A stretch of DNA of 64,000 nucleotides from Tubulanus polymorphus (lineage: Eukaryota > Animalia > Nemertea): positions 15,658,150-15,722,149 of the forward strand of contig NC_134026.1 in NCBI RefSeq assembly GCF_964204645.1, given 5' to 3'. Below are positions 13,601 to 26,864 of this stretch, piece after piece. Numbering within the stretch: position 1 is the first letter of the stretch; the number at the start of each line of letters is the position of its first letter. The notes under the pieces are model-generated. The model saw only the letters and a program-made list of their open reading frames with translations, did no database searches and was not told the origin of the DNA. A program made the position numbers and the translations under genes.

Positions 13601-16600
13601 ATCGGCATTCTTAAAATACCGACTCTCCCACTCGACTTTTGGAAAGGAGCAGCAACCTTACTGTCATGACTGTTTTGGTCATATAGAATTTGGCCTTAAT
13701 GATTCGCTGATCTAAAATTATTTTCAAAACTGATTTGCTAAACTAACTTTTTCCTTCCAACCCTCCTGTCATGACGCGTTGTGATTTACTCACTCCTTGC
13801 TAGTCGTTGTTGAGAGAGCAGCTATTGTCTGTGAATTACCAACGAGCGCATACAGACAACAGAAACTTCAGACAGCTAGTTTTAACATTTAACACAAATT
13901 AATTTTTCTAAAACATTAGCGATTATTAACAATTTGTTCTTTAACAACATCTAGATTACTCAAATTAAATATCTTTTCAAAACTTTGTTTTCTTTTCTAA
14001 TTACAGTACAAATTCATTGTTTCTTTTTTTAATTATTATAATTAACTACGATTCGGAATACATTGTGATTGATTATCAATTCTTAAATTATTTGAAATAC
14101 TTATACTAATTATTTTATCTACAATTTAACTAATTCTATTTTAATACAGGATAAGCAAAACAACCACATCTTCCTAAACTTCCGGTTTTTCCTTTTACGG
14201 AAAGTAGCCGGGAATATCATCAAGTATCAGCGTGATCCCTTCACGAGCCTCATTATAAATACACTCCATTGTTCCGACCCAACCAAATATGGTTCCAACT
14301 ATTTAAAAGTTTTATATAAAGATTTTCTGAATGTTTGCCAGATCTCACAGCAGAAGAACCGAGAAAGAATTGTTGTTTATAGACTGATTTATGGTTTGCG
14401 TTGGTAGATGAAAGCATCAAACAAGAACTTTCGTAATTCTTACTACTAGTACGTTCTTGTCTGACGGCTTTAACGTAACCCCCACGCATACGGAAACACC
14501 ATTAAGAACATTTCTAAATACTACGAAACATTTTCAGTTACTACGAAAATCTAGCTGTGGATCAGTACCAATCCATCTTGCCCAAAGGGTGCTTTGGTGC
14601 TACGTACTACTTTGCTGGACGATTGATGAGTTTAGAATATTCTATACTGATACTAAACTGGTTTTTTTTTATAATATTCTATACTGAAAATCGAAACATT
14701 TTTGCACGAACTGCAGTACATTTTACAAAATCGGCTAAAAGATACCATTTATATACTTGTATTCCATACCAATTTAACCAATATCGCATTACTCATCCAA
14801 CACGTTCCCAAATGTTTTGATACTTTCTCAGTTTGTATCAAAAATATTGCCAATTTCTGGTCCTTGAGTCCTGAAAAATGATAAATTTACAGCGCAAAAT
14901 CGTACAAACGTGTCAATTATACTTCTAAACACTTTATTTGCGGACCAGTTTATGAATTGAGCGTGGGCCATAGAGCGCTATATCCGCCTGTGATCTCGAC
15001 TTTAAATTTATTACGTAAGCTATTCGTGAACAAAATGCGGCCGGCGCACAATAGAAACTTCGCTCTATTTATTCTTTCATTACCGCCGACAAAGAGGACC
15101 GATATTTTGCAAATTGGATTCGGGAGGTTTAAACCTCCCAAGGTCAAATCACTAAAATTGTGACCTTCGTGGAGATTATCTAAAAAGCCGATGGTAATCA
15201 AATTTAGCAGAACTTTTTACCCAAACGTTCAATGGTTTGAAAATCTTTCAATGGCATTCCTAAGTATTTGATGAAAGTTGAGAAATCATAAGATATTCAT
15301 ATAACCATGGACTCTAAAACCTAAATCGTTTAAGAGTCCCTGATATTAAAAAAAAACTTCGCATAACGAAGAAGCAAAAATTCGAATCTGATTCATCTGT
15401 TTGGAATTGATTCTTATGAAATGGAAACAAATGCGTGAGCACTACTAATTGATTCGTTCATTTTGTACAATATGTTTCATTTGTTGACCGTAAGACGTTG
15501 AAATTATGTCAATTTCATTCAATTTACTTTGCGGCTTTACAACGGCTGTTTCACTGGTTCTGCGTGATGAAATAATTCTGATTAAAGTTATTGTAATGAT
15601 TTCTATATGTATGATACTCTTTCTGAATAAAAGATGCACGTTATTCGAATCCCCACCATTGTTCTCTACAATGTACGTTAATCAAACTCACGATAAAACC
15701 AGAGCCAAAACCATGGACTCAAAAAACGAAGAATCCGTGGTCAAACATACAATTCTAATTTCCCCGTTAGTTCACTGATGCCGTCAGTTTCTATCGAATG
15801 CAAGGATTCTAGCCAATCAGAGAGGCGCATGTACACATCCATTGGCATGTTAGTTATAGTACAACTTAGACAATAATCAAGGTTCGAGCCAACGGCAGTA
15901 ACCAGAATATGTTCTTTCATCAAATACAAGTAACACAGCAGTAGTCAGTTAGTTGAGTTTGTTTAATGACTTGATTTGTATTTCATCAATCAATCTATTT
16001 CATTTTATTTTAAAGTACAAACTAAACGCTTGAATTGCTTATAACACGACCAGGTATGAATTAGAATAGATCGGCTTAATATTTCGAATGCATATTTGGC
16101 GTTTAAGCAATCGGAAATTCGCAGTGCTTGAGAAATTTTCCAATACGCACATTACTTCGAATAGCGATAAGTTCATTGATACATGTGACCATTGTTGTGT
16201 TACTTTCGATAGCGAGTCGAATAAGCTATGGGACAGACTAACGACAGCACAATCGCAATATCAACAGAAGTTCATTTTATCCTACATGATGAGGCTAAAT
16301 TCAGTGAAATCGATCGTGTTCTGAAATATATATTTTCCTGGATACATGTTGTTTATTGTAGCTATTCTATGCGGTTTTATCTATTAACCTGCTATAACAT
16401 ATTGACCGTTTTCAAGAACCCAAAAATTTTCTGGGAATCTGTTTTTTTTTCAAAAACAACCCTAACCCGAAATTGTGTACAGTTAGTACGCAGCGTATAT
16501 ACTGTCGGATTAGAGAATATTGAAAAAACTTAGAAAAAGGTCAGTGAAGGAAAATAAGCTCAGCAGTGACAAATTGTCATTTCATCCCCATCACGTGATT

Positions 16601-18185
16601 AATCGATGTCCAAATATGTTCTACCGTGAAAACTATGCATTTAGCGTCAAACGAATTTTTTTATACGTAAATCAGGATGCATGATCTTCAAAAAGGTAGC
16701 CTATTAGGTAAAAACTTACCCGGCAAAATCCTAATTTGTCCTAAACGATATTCCAACTATTATTTTGTTAATTATTCAACTATCATCACTAACTGGGTAA
16801 GTTAGTTGAACTTACATGAAGATATTTCATTAGGGACACTTCAATTTCACACCATTCAATATCATAAGGGAACAAAATTCTTTGAAACTTGGTAGTTCTT
16901 AAGACTAGGTTTTGTTTCCGAAATTTACTAAATGTACCAATTCAAATAATTCACTCATTGAAGCTTCTATATATTAGAAGCGAAAGCTCGTGCGTCGAAA
17001 TAAATAGTTAACCTTTAAAGTACTACTCGTCTCTTCATTTAAATTCAAATAATATAAGTCTTTTTTGATTCTTTTTTGTTGGAATATGCATAACTTTTTC
17101 TGGGCAAATTTCTATATTCTGTCAAGTCATGGACTCTAAAACGAGTTTAGAGTCCATGGTCAAGGTATTTTGGCTATAACGAATATAACTAACTCCCTGG
17201 GGCAACGATGTGGCTGATGAAATGATCTCTCCCATTGTAATCCCACCATTTAATTACTCATTGTATAACAACTCTCACAATTAAGCCTCGGACTCTTAAA
17301 CGAATTATGAGTGCATGCTTTAGTATAGGCTCTGATATAGAGCATATAGTCTTGATTTAGAACATGTATGCATAAACTCTAGGCTGCAAAGAAATACGTT
17401 TTCAGCGGCTCTAATCGAGTTAAATCTTTCGTGATAGATTAACACAGAGAGGCGGCACCCAATCGCTGCTTATTGGCATTAGACAGAAGCCACTGTTATG
17501 TTCATTAGTAAAACTAATATAGAATGAATGATTGAGGAGGGAAATTGTATAAATTAAATTTGTAAATGAATTTATAAGAATTTAGCATGCATCGGAGTGC
17601 ACTTAAATTGGATTATTACAAAATAACTCACTTCAAAATTGATGATATTGTTTCATTGATATCTATTACTTTAAAGCAATTCACGTTAAGAACTTTGGTC
17701 AACAATAAGTCTGACCTGCAAATCAAATCATCGGGAGACAAAATACTGTTTCAAAAAATTGTATTGCTAATACATTCCTAATCTTAACCTTTCGCCATAA
17801 ACCTACTGGATTTAGGGCCTGGGGCATTTTAGATGGTTGTAGGTAGAAATCCCCTAGGTAAAATCCTCACTTGGCGATTTTTCAAGAACATTTGAAAGCA
17901 CGATATTTATTCAAACATATTCATCCACAATACAACTGCAATATATTTGAACTGTGCATTGAACTCTTTTGTTGAAATAAATCTTTAAATAAATTCATAG
18001 AATAAATGAAATTAATGATTTAATTTTATTCATACTATCTTTTCATATTTTTATTCATACTATCTTTTCATATTTTTATTCATACTATCTTTTAATTCGA
18101 ACTAAATAACTCTTTTTAACTTGTTGTATAGTATGCTTATGATATGGATTCGATTTACGTATCAATATTTTCATGTTGACGGGGC

Positions 18186-18222
18186 CTGATGATGGCTAAT
18201 AGCATTAGCCGAAACATTGCTC
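18186..18222 (+). ncRNA. Minimal hammerhead ribozyme-like motif, probable Penelope-like element remnant
   Basis: CTGATGA-t-GGCTAAT-agc-ATTAGCC-GAAA-C: core plus a perfect 7-bp stem II. Stems I and III are degenerate. Confidence 0.5.
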
Positions 18223-19971
18223 GTAGAACATTTGATTTTTAGCCGAATTCATTGTGGGATTTGTCTCGTTATTCACCATACACGGATATTGTGTATTTTC
18301 TTCTCATTTTCATGTTGGTTTTGAACAACTTAAATTTTGCGATTCTAATACCTTATTAACTTTAGATGACAGTAATACCTTCAATTTACATGTAAAATAA
18401 GATCACTGCTGAAAGTGTAATAAGGAATATATATTTACTCCAGTGACAATATTTTGATTCAAAGATTTAATTCAATCATCTAGTCTGAGTTTAAGGTAAA
18501 ACTTCTGGCTAACCAAGAGCTAACCGAATACCGACAATAGGTAGTCGTCGCTTGAAAATTAGTTAATTTACGCAACAGGAATCTATCTTGATTTCAAGGG
18601 CACTTCAATTAATCGTTTCAATAGTGACCACTGTAAATTAGCCAGTAGTTTAAATGACCGAATTCAATCAACCGATTCGTATCCTAAGAATGAGAATTGT
18701 ATTTTACCACAGTAGTTATTCCTCATCAAACGTTCGGTCATCATATTATACATCTATACATCATTACTATCATCTTCAGTTAATAGAAGTGCAATAAAAT
18801 CTAGAATCTATGAGTTGAGTTTTTTTTTAACATAATAGATTTTGTTGATTTTATGTTAGTTAAATCAAATATTGGGAATATTTTACCGGGGGATTTTTAC
18901 TTCGGGGATAATAACCTAAGTTATTTTATATCATCGGTTTTCATTAAGAAAAAAAAACATAACTACACTTATATTCCTTTTGGAGCATTAAGAATCTTTC
19001 ATTGAATTTAATGTTATTTCGTACAATAGTTCATCACAGTGCGTCATTCACGCTTAAATGTACAAAACTTCTTTACAGAGTTCAAAATATAAACCAACAA
19101 TCTCATCTCAAGCATGTACTAGCGCTGACGCTATGGGATAAAACCAAGTCGCGATTCATTGCCTAAAATGTGGGTACATTCATTCAAATCAGGACTAAAA
19201 TACGCTTATATGAATATCTTGCATGATATCATTTTACATTACGGGTGTCTCATAGGCCTGGTTTTACTTGTACATTGTCATCAATTAATTAAACATCCCA
19301 AGTAACTTCTTTATTTACTTATGGCTTAATCACTGGTATTCAATAGCTAGTCGGCCATAGAAAGACAAACCCGATAAAATTCCATTAACCGTTCGTCCAG
19401 AGTCGAACACTCGCGCGTTAATTCGCAACGATTTTAAAGAAAGAAAATGATTGCATGAAATCTAGTTTTCGTATCAATCGGCGTCCAATCTCTTAAACCA
19501 TCCTAAACACAGTAGTTTAGTAGTTTGAGTCTATTTGCTTTTACTGATCTGTAAATATGATAACTCACGGGCTGAACTGGTTGAAAAGCGTAAAATTCCC
19601 GTGATGTAACTGTGGCTCAACTCTCAATTCAATTTGAATTTCAGTTAATTTTGTAATATTTCATCAAGTACTAAACGATCGCTACATTTTAAAACATTGT
19701 CCCGTTTTATTCTTTTATGTGTGCGCAGATTATTTGATTTTTCGATTTATTTTTCTATGCAGCAGAGCCGAGTCGGCCTTGTATTCGGTACAGCTACCTA
19801 CAATAAATAGGCAACGTTTTGATCACAATCGTTTATTGTCATCAGAGTCAGATGGATGCGCGCGGTTATACATGACTTTTTGTACGTATGTTTGAGCAGT
19901 TTAGCCGTTCAAGCCGGGAACGGGGTCGATGAAAGTTAAAGTAGACTTTGTATCAGCTCATGCCTCCAACT

Positions 19972-20212
19972 CAGGCGCAGATCCAGAGGGGGGGGGGCTT
20001 CAGGGCTTATGACCAAAAATCTTTTTAAATCGTTCTCTTGAAAATACACAAGAAAAAGAGGGCGGACAGTATCACATAATCGGTACCATATCATCTTATG
20101 TTTGGCCAAACAATTTGTCGTATAGGCCCCTATCATTAGAGATTTTGGTCGGCAGTTTAACATTACCATTTTCTATGAACCCCTCCTGAAAAAAATCCTG
20201 GATTCGCGCCAG
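19972..20212. mobile_element. MITE
   Basis: Imperfect TIRs CAGGCGCAGATCCAG ... CTGGATTCGCGCCAG. Confidence 0.55.
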
Positions 20213-21269
20213 CAATTCCAGAATCCTACTGTTTTCACGAGTTACGGGACCTCGTCAGTACCGGTACTTATTTGAAAGATGCATACATCAGGCAGCATCC
20301 TGATTTTGCCTCTGTATGTCTGTCAAGAAATGTGTTCAAAGTAATTTTTCGCCAGCGGCAGGAGCTACGAGGTCACATCAACTTAAACTGGACATCAACG
20401 TAGGCCTAGCTCTACACCCTCTTGAGATGGGATAAAACCGAAACATGTCGACTACCAAGCATAGTAATCCACCTAATTTAAATCTTTCTCGATTGATGTT
20501 TATTTTTATTGTAGTACAAAATATGAAATATACTCAAGTCACTTAACTGTTGCCTTCTTTCTATTTCCAGGCTTTACTGCTTTCAGGGCCTATGCATACT
20601 GGATGCTGGGCTCAATACACTCGCTGTGTGTGTAAAACAGAACATGTACTATTGATCGTACAGCGCCGATCAGGTCTAACGCCTTGCGATATTCAGCGCT
20701 AATGCTCAGAGAGTCGGGAGTGCTCCAGACACAATTACACAGTGAACCAGTAGTGTGTAGAACTTCTGGAATAACGTAATATGATGACAGTTAATGTACC
20801 ATTAAAATCGAATATAATAAAATCGCACATTTATAGATGATCATTCGTCGTAAATACGTACATTTATCAGGATATTCGTAGCTCCAGGTTCCTCGAAGTG
20901 GTTACTAATTCCATGTTTGAAGTAAGTTTTGTAAAAGTGCATAGGTCTTCGTTTTGGTCTTGCATAGTTTTGCGTGTGTGGGTGTTACTAAAATAATGCA
21001 GTACTAAAACGGAAGTGACCTCATACCGGGAGTGACATCATCCAAGATGGGGACCGGAAGTGGAGGGAAAATTCTAAAATCTTTTGGCGGGAAAATTCAA
21101 TTTTTCCACAAATCATGATAAAACAAATTCAAATTAAATTGTTGGTGGTGTTAAATCCAAATTTATTTATTGGTATGATTAAATCCAAATTTATTTATTA
21201 GATCAATGACGACATCCTACGCGCGCGCGCTCGTGTGTGTGTGTGCGTGCGTGCGGGCGTGCGTGCGTC

Positions 21270-23182
21270 TGTGAGGAGGGAGTTAAATCCTAGATGGCGC
21301 CTTTTAACGGCTATTGTGAAATCATGTACGAGTTTGTGCGAAAAATAATTAGACCCCGAGCCTCATTATCTAGGATCGCTTACGTGCGCGAGTGCGAAAA
21401 CGTGGCAGGGGTCGAGACTTATAGATTTACGATCTTACGAGTGTTGCGAACGAAGAAAAGAACTGTACCCCACTAAGAACGGTATTTCGCTCGATCTTTA
21501 AGAGTGGGTATATAGGGTGAATAGCTATAGGGGTTATATGTGTATATGTAATTCAATTCCATATTGTATATGAGTAGATTGTGTGTGTGTGTGCGTGCGT
21601 GCGTGCAGTGCGCACGATATCGCACACTAGATGTATGCTGGCGCGCACACTGAATGCAAATGGCTCGGGTTACAAGGAGGGAGTATGTTGAAAAGAAAGA
21701 ACAGCATTTAGTAACTATATTTAATATGTAATGAATTTTAAGGGATGGTTAGTGCAGGAGGGAGTAGAGTGGAAATAGCCGGGATTGATGATACCAAATA
21801 GGGTAAGGATAGAAGCGGGTGAGGTCAGGGTATAGGAATGTGAGAATGTACCAAATAGTATATAATTCTTAGGTTTTGAAGTTAAGAGAGTTGGAGATAA
21901 AGCAGAAAGATATGTAACACTAAGAAGAAGAAAATAAAGAATTAACGTGGTCGCAAAGAAGACTTGTTTCAACTTATATTCACTCATGAAAGGAGAAAGC
22001 TGAGGACAAATAGATGAGCCGATCAACAACATTGGTGAAAGGAGTCACACACCAACTGTTCCAGAAAAAGGACCGCGAATATTCAGATACAAAAAAAATG
22101 GATCCTGTGGTAGATAATGGACAGGGTCAACCCGACCTAACCGAAGATGGAAACGAAGAGGCAGATGATTCTTACAGAAGCGTTCACATACTAAAAGGTA
22201 TGAGTGCTTTGAAACCAGAATATTTTAACGGAGAAGATGATCCAATTCGGCCGTGGATGAACGCATTTCTACAATACGTGGAAATGATGGGCTGGACTGA
22301 GATTCAACGATTAGAGTCAACGATAATCTGAGAAAAACTATCGATAACAGATATGATAATGCCGAAAAGAAATGGCTACGAACACATGAACTAAAATATG
22401 TGAAAATAGTATCAGGACAATCAGTAGATAATTTTGCGGACATGGTATGACGAAAAGCTTCAGCACTGGAACTACCACCTCATGTAACCTTAAGTATATT
22501 TTTGGATGGGTTACCAATAAAGATAAAAAAAATTGTGTGGACTCAAATACCGGAAAATTTCGAAAAAGCGGTATCATTAGTGGGTCATGCAGTTCAGATG
22601 CTGAAAATGGATAGTGCAGTGGATAAAGACGAACGTATGCTAAACGCCTTGCACTCGCCGGCAGGCGATGAACTAGAAATATTGCGTGCAAGAGTCAGCG
22701 TGATTGAACAACAACAAGCGGCTAGACGAGATCAACAACAACATCAGCAGTGGGTGCGGCAACAAAGTAATTCGCGCACGAGGCAAAACTTTAGTTCAAG
22801 ACAATGGAATTTTTTGGGACAAAAACCCCAATATTTTTGTGGTGAATGTTTAACGGTGGAAAACATATACATGTATATTGCGGACAGTTACGGTTAACAA
22901 AAGGCCCAAAATAGGCCACCAGCAAGGATAGGATTGGGCGGCTCTAGAGCTACAAGGACGATTAAAATGATTTAAAGGTAAAAGAAAGCAAAAATGCACC
23001 CAAAAGAAGCTCAGAAATAAAAAATGGCAGGCTAAATTGAAATCTAATAAGCAGGTAACAGTGTTGAAAAGTGAGCATCCTTTAGGTTTACTATGTAAAA
23101 TAAGGGGACATGAGGTCTATACATTAGTAGATACGGGAGCAACAAATAGTGTAATTTCATTTGATTTTTTTGAACATTTTGA
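21270..23182 (+). mobile_element. Decayed Gypsy-type LTR retrotransposon (LTR, gag, start of protease), truncated at the (ACG)n tract
   Basis: Candidate LTR TGT..ACA at 21270-22031 followed by TGG. Gag-like KPEYFNGEDD..WMNAF and FLDGLPIKIK. Protease TLVDTGATNSVIS. Confidence 0.7.
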
Positions 23183-23333
<151 letters not shown>

Positions 23334-26300
23334 ACTCGACCCCGAACACGTCAATCTGGTCACCTCCCGGACTCAATTTTTGGGCCTCCGGCCTGCCACT
23401 CAGTCCAGCTGAGGGGATCCCGTATGTCCCGCCTCAGAGACCTGAGGTTCCGGGTAAGTAATTGGGTAAGTAATTGTTTCAGATCAAAGTCGAGAGGTCG
23501 AGTCCACTCGCCCTCTCAACCTCTGATATGAAACAACATATACCCTATTACTCTAATAATTTCATATAAATGAACATTATATAAATGAATATCATATACA
23601 TGAAAATCAATTATATAGATTTCAAATAAAAAATAGTTAAAATAAATGGAGAATTAAAAACTATAAAGTAATTAACGAGTTGATGAAAATATCAATTTTA
23701 ATTAAAAAGAAATTACTAAATAAATGAAAGAACAGATACTACATTTCAAAGATATTTGATTTCCATGAATTAGAAAAATATTTTACAATTAACATTTTAT
23801 TCCTATTAAAGATTGAAACTGCACGTTTTCGTTTTCAAGTGAATAATATTACTGAATTAATGTTTAAAAATCATGATCTAATGATAGAGTAATCGAATGA
23901 AAAAGATAAAATCTTATTCAATACAATAATTCCAAAATTCACAACATTTGATGAAATAGATAAACATTTAATAATTACAGATGAAATACAATAGTAATTG
24001 GAAGATGTGGGTTTCAGATCAGAGGGCGAGAGGGCGAGACACCACTCATCACCACAAGTAATTTTTTCCCCTAATAAATGGGGGAGAATGAACACCAGCC
24101 AGAAAATAATAATGTTAAAAATCAATAATAATAAAAATCAATATTATTGCACATATTGTAAAAAATACGTCGATACATCTCATAAAACACGACATGAAAA
24201 AACTGCAAATCATATAAAAATGTAATAGATTTTGAAACTCCAGAAAATTCCAATGAAAGAAAAGAAAGATTAGAAAATATGAATGTGGATGAAATAAAAT
24301 GTGAAAAATATTTAATGAATTTAAACGTCATATTGAAGAAAGATATTTTGAGGGTTCTGGCTTAACATTGAATGAAATTATATATTTACATTTAAATGTT
24401 TATAATACAGAAAGAAATAAAACATCAAAAAGTAATAAAATGTTTAAAAATGATTCAAACTTTACAACAGAAAAGGAGGATATTAAAGCATCATCTTATA
24501 TTAAATTACCATTTACAACAAAAGCAGTAATAAATGTTCAAAATGAAGATAATAAATGTTTTCTATGGTCAATTATTAGTTGCTTACATCCAACACAGGA
24601 AATGTTTGTAGAATAACAGATTATCGGAAATATGAAACATTATATGAAATTGATCAATATCCAGTAACTATAAAAATGATTCCTAAAATAGAAAAAGTTA
24701 ATAATTCAAAAATAAATGTATTCGAATTAATGCAATTACCAAAGACAAAAGGTGAAAATATTAAAGATTATACATTGGAAGCTTTATATTTAACAGAATA
24801 TTATGATGATGAAAATGCTATAGATTTGTTATATTACAAAAAAGATGAAAATGAACATTATATGTGGTTAAAACAAATTGATTTATTCGTTAGAACAGAA
24901 AGTGATCATCATCGTAAAATTTATCTATGTAGAAAATGTTTATCTAAATTTATGACTGAGAATACATTATTAAAACATAAAGAATTATGTGATAATAAAG
25001 ATTTTTGTAAATTAACAATGCCAACAGAAAAAGATTATAAATTGAAATTTACTAATCATAAATTTAAGAATATTGTTCCATTTGTAATTTATGGGGATTT
25101 TGAATCGTTGAATAAAGAATTAACTGATCAAGATAGAAAAGAAATATATAACAAAAAGCAATCATTAAAATCAATGGATAAAGGAAATGAATTAAATGAA
25201 GACACAATACAAGACCCAACAATTATAAATACAATTAAAAAAGTTCATCAAAGAGCTGCTGCTTATGGAATTTATATAAAATCAAATTATCCTGAATTAT
25301 ATGAAAGTCAATATATTTCTTTTAGAGGTGAAAATGTAGTTAATGATTTTTGTGACAAAATGATTGAATTAGAAAGTGATTTTGCAAAATTATTAAACAA
25401 AAATAAAAGAATAGTTATGACAAAAAAAGATGAAATTGATTTTAATTACGCAACTCATTGTTGTTATTGTGAAAAACGTTTTTATTCATTTGATAAAAAA
25501 GTTAGAGATCATAATCATTTAAATTCAAAATATCGTGGAGCTGCTCATGAAGATTGCAATTTTCAAGCTAAGAAAGTTAATTTCGTACCAACATTATTTC
25601 ATAATTTATCAGGCTATGATACCCATCTATTTATAAAACAATTATCGGGAAAATTGGGCGCAATTAATCAAGAAATAAAAGAATATAATGCTATGAATGG
25701 TGTAAATGTAAGAAAATATGATTTTAAACTATTAGCTAAAACATCTGAAAATTATATTTCATTTCAATTTGGTTGCATTAGATTTTTAGATTCTTATAGA
25801 TTTCTAGCAAGTTCATTAGATAATTTATCAATAAGTTTAGTTGATAATGATTTTGTTATGACTCGATATTATTATCCAAATGAACAAGATTTTAAATTAT
25901 TGAGATATAAAGGCGCAATTCCTTATTCATTTTATAAAACACACAATGATTTTAATGTAACAGAATTACTAAAAGATCAATTTTATGAGGTGGAATTAGA
26001 GGTGGAATTAGTGGTGTTATGGGAGATAGGTATTTTAAAGCAAATGATGAATATAAATTATTATATATTGACGCCAATAATTTATATGGTTGGGCAATGA
26101 TGCAACCTCAACCATATAAAAATTCTATATTAACAGAAGTTGAAAATGATGATAAAGCTAATTGGGAAAGCGCAATTATGAGTTTAGAAGATGAAGCACC
26201 AATTGGTTATTTCTTTGTAGTTGATTTAGAATATCCTGAAAATATAAAGTTTAAAACAAGAAACTTACCTTATTGCCCAGAACATTTAACTGTAGATGAT

Positions 26301-26864
26301 AGTTATTTAAGTGAATACCAGAAGAAAATAAAACCGAAAGATCATGTTTTTACAGAAAAATTAATACTTACTCAAAATAATAAATACAATTATATTGTTC
26401 ATTATAGAATGTTAAAATTTTATCTAAAACAAGGAATGAAATTAAAGAAAGTACATAGATATATTGAATTTAATCAATCGAAGTGGTTAGAAAAATATAT
26501 AGATTTCAATACTCAACAGAGAACAATATCAAAAACAGATTTTGAAAAAGATTTCTTCAAATTAATGAATAATAGTTTTTATGGTAAAACATGTGAAAAT
26601 ATTAGAAATAGAAATGATATTGAATTAGTAAATAATTCTGAAAGATTAAGACATTTACAATCAAGTCCTAGACATTTAGGAAATAAAAGATTTGAAGATT
26701 ATTTAACAGCAGTTAAATTAAAAAGAACGTCAATGAAATTTAATAAACCTATATTCATTGGTTCAACTGTTTTAGAAGTATCAAAATTATTAATGTATGA
26801 TTTTTATTATAATGTTTTACAACCACTTTTTGGGGAAAAGCATATTGAAATATTATATTTTGAT

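Noticed and set aside
10687-21476. Assorted 60-110 aa ORFs and a possible exon after the acceptor at ~20570
   Set aside because: No recognisable motifs or consistent exon structure.
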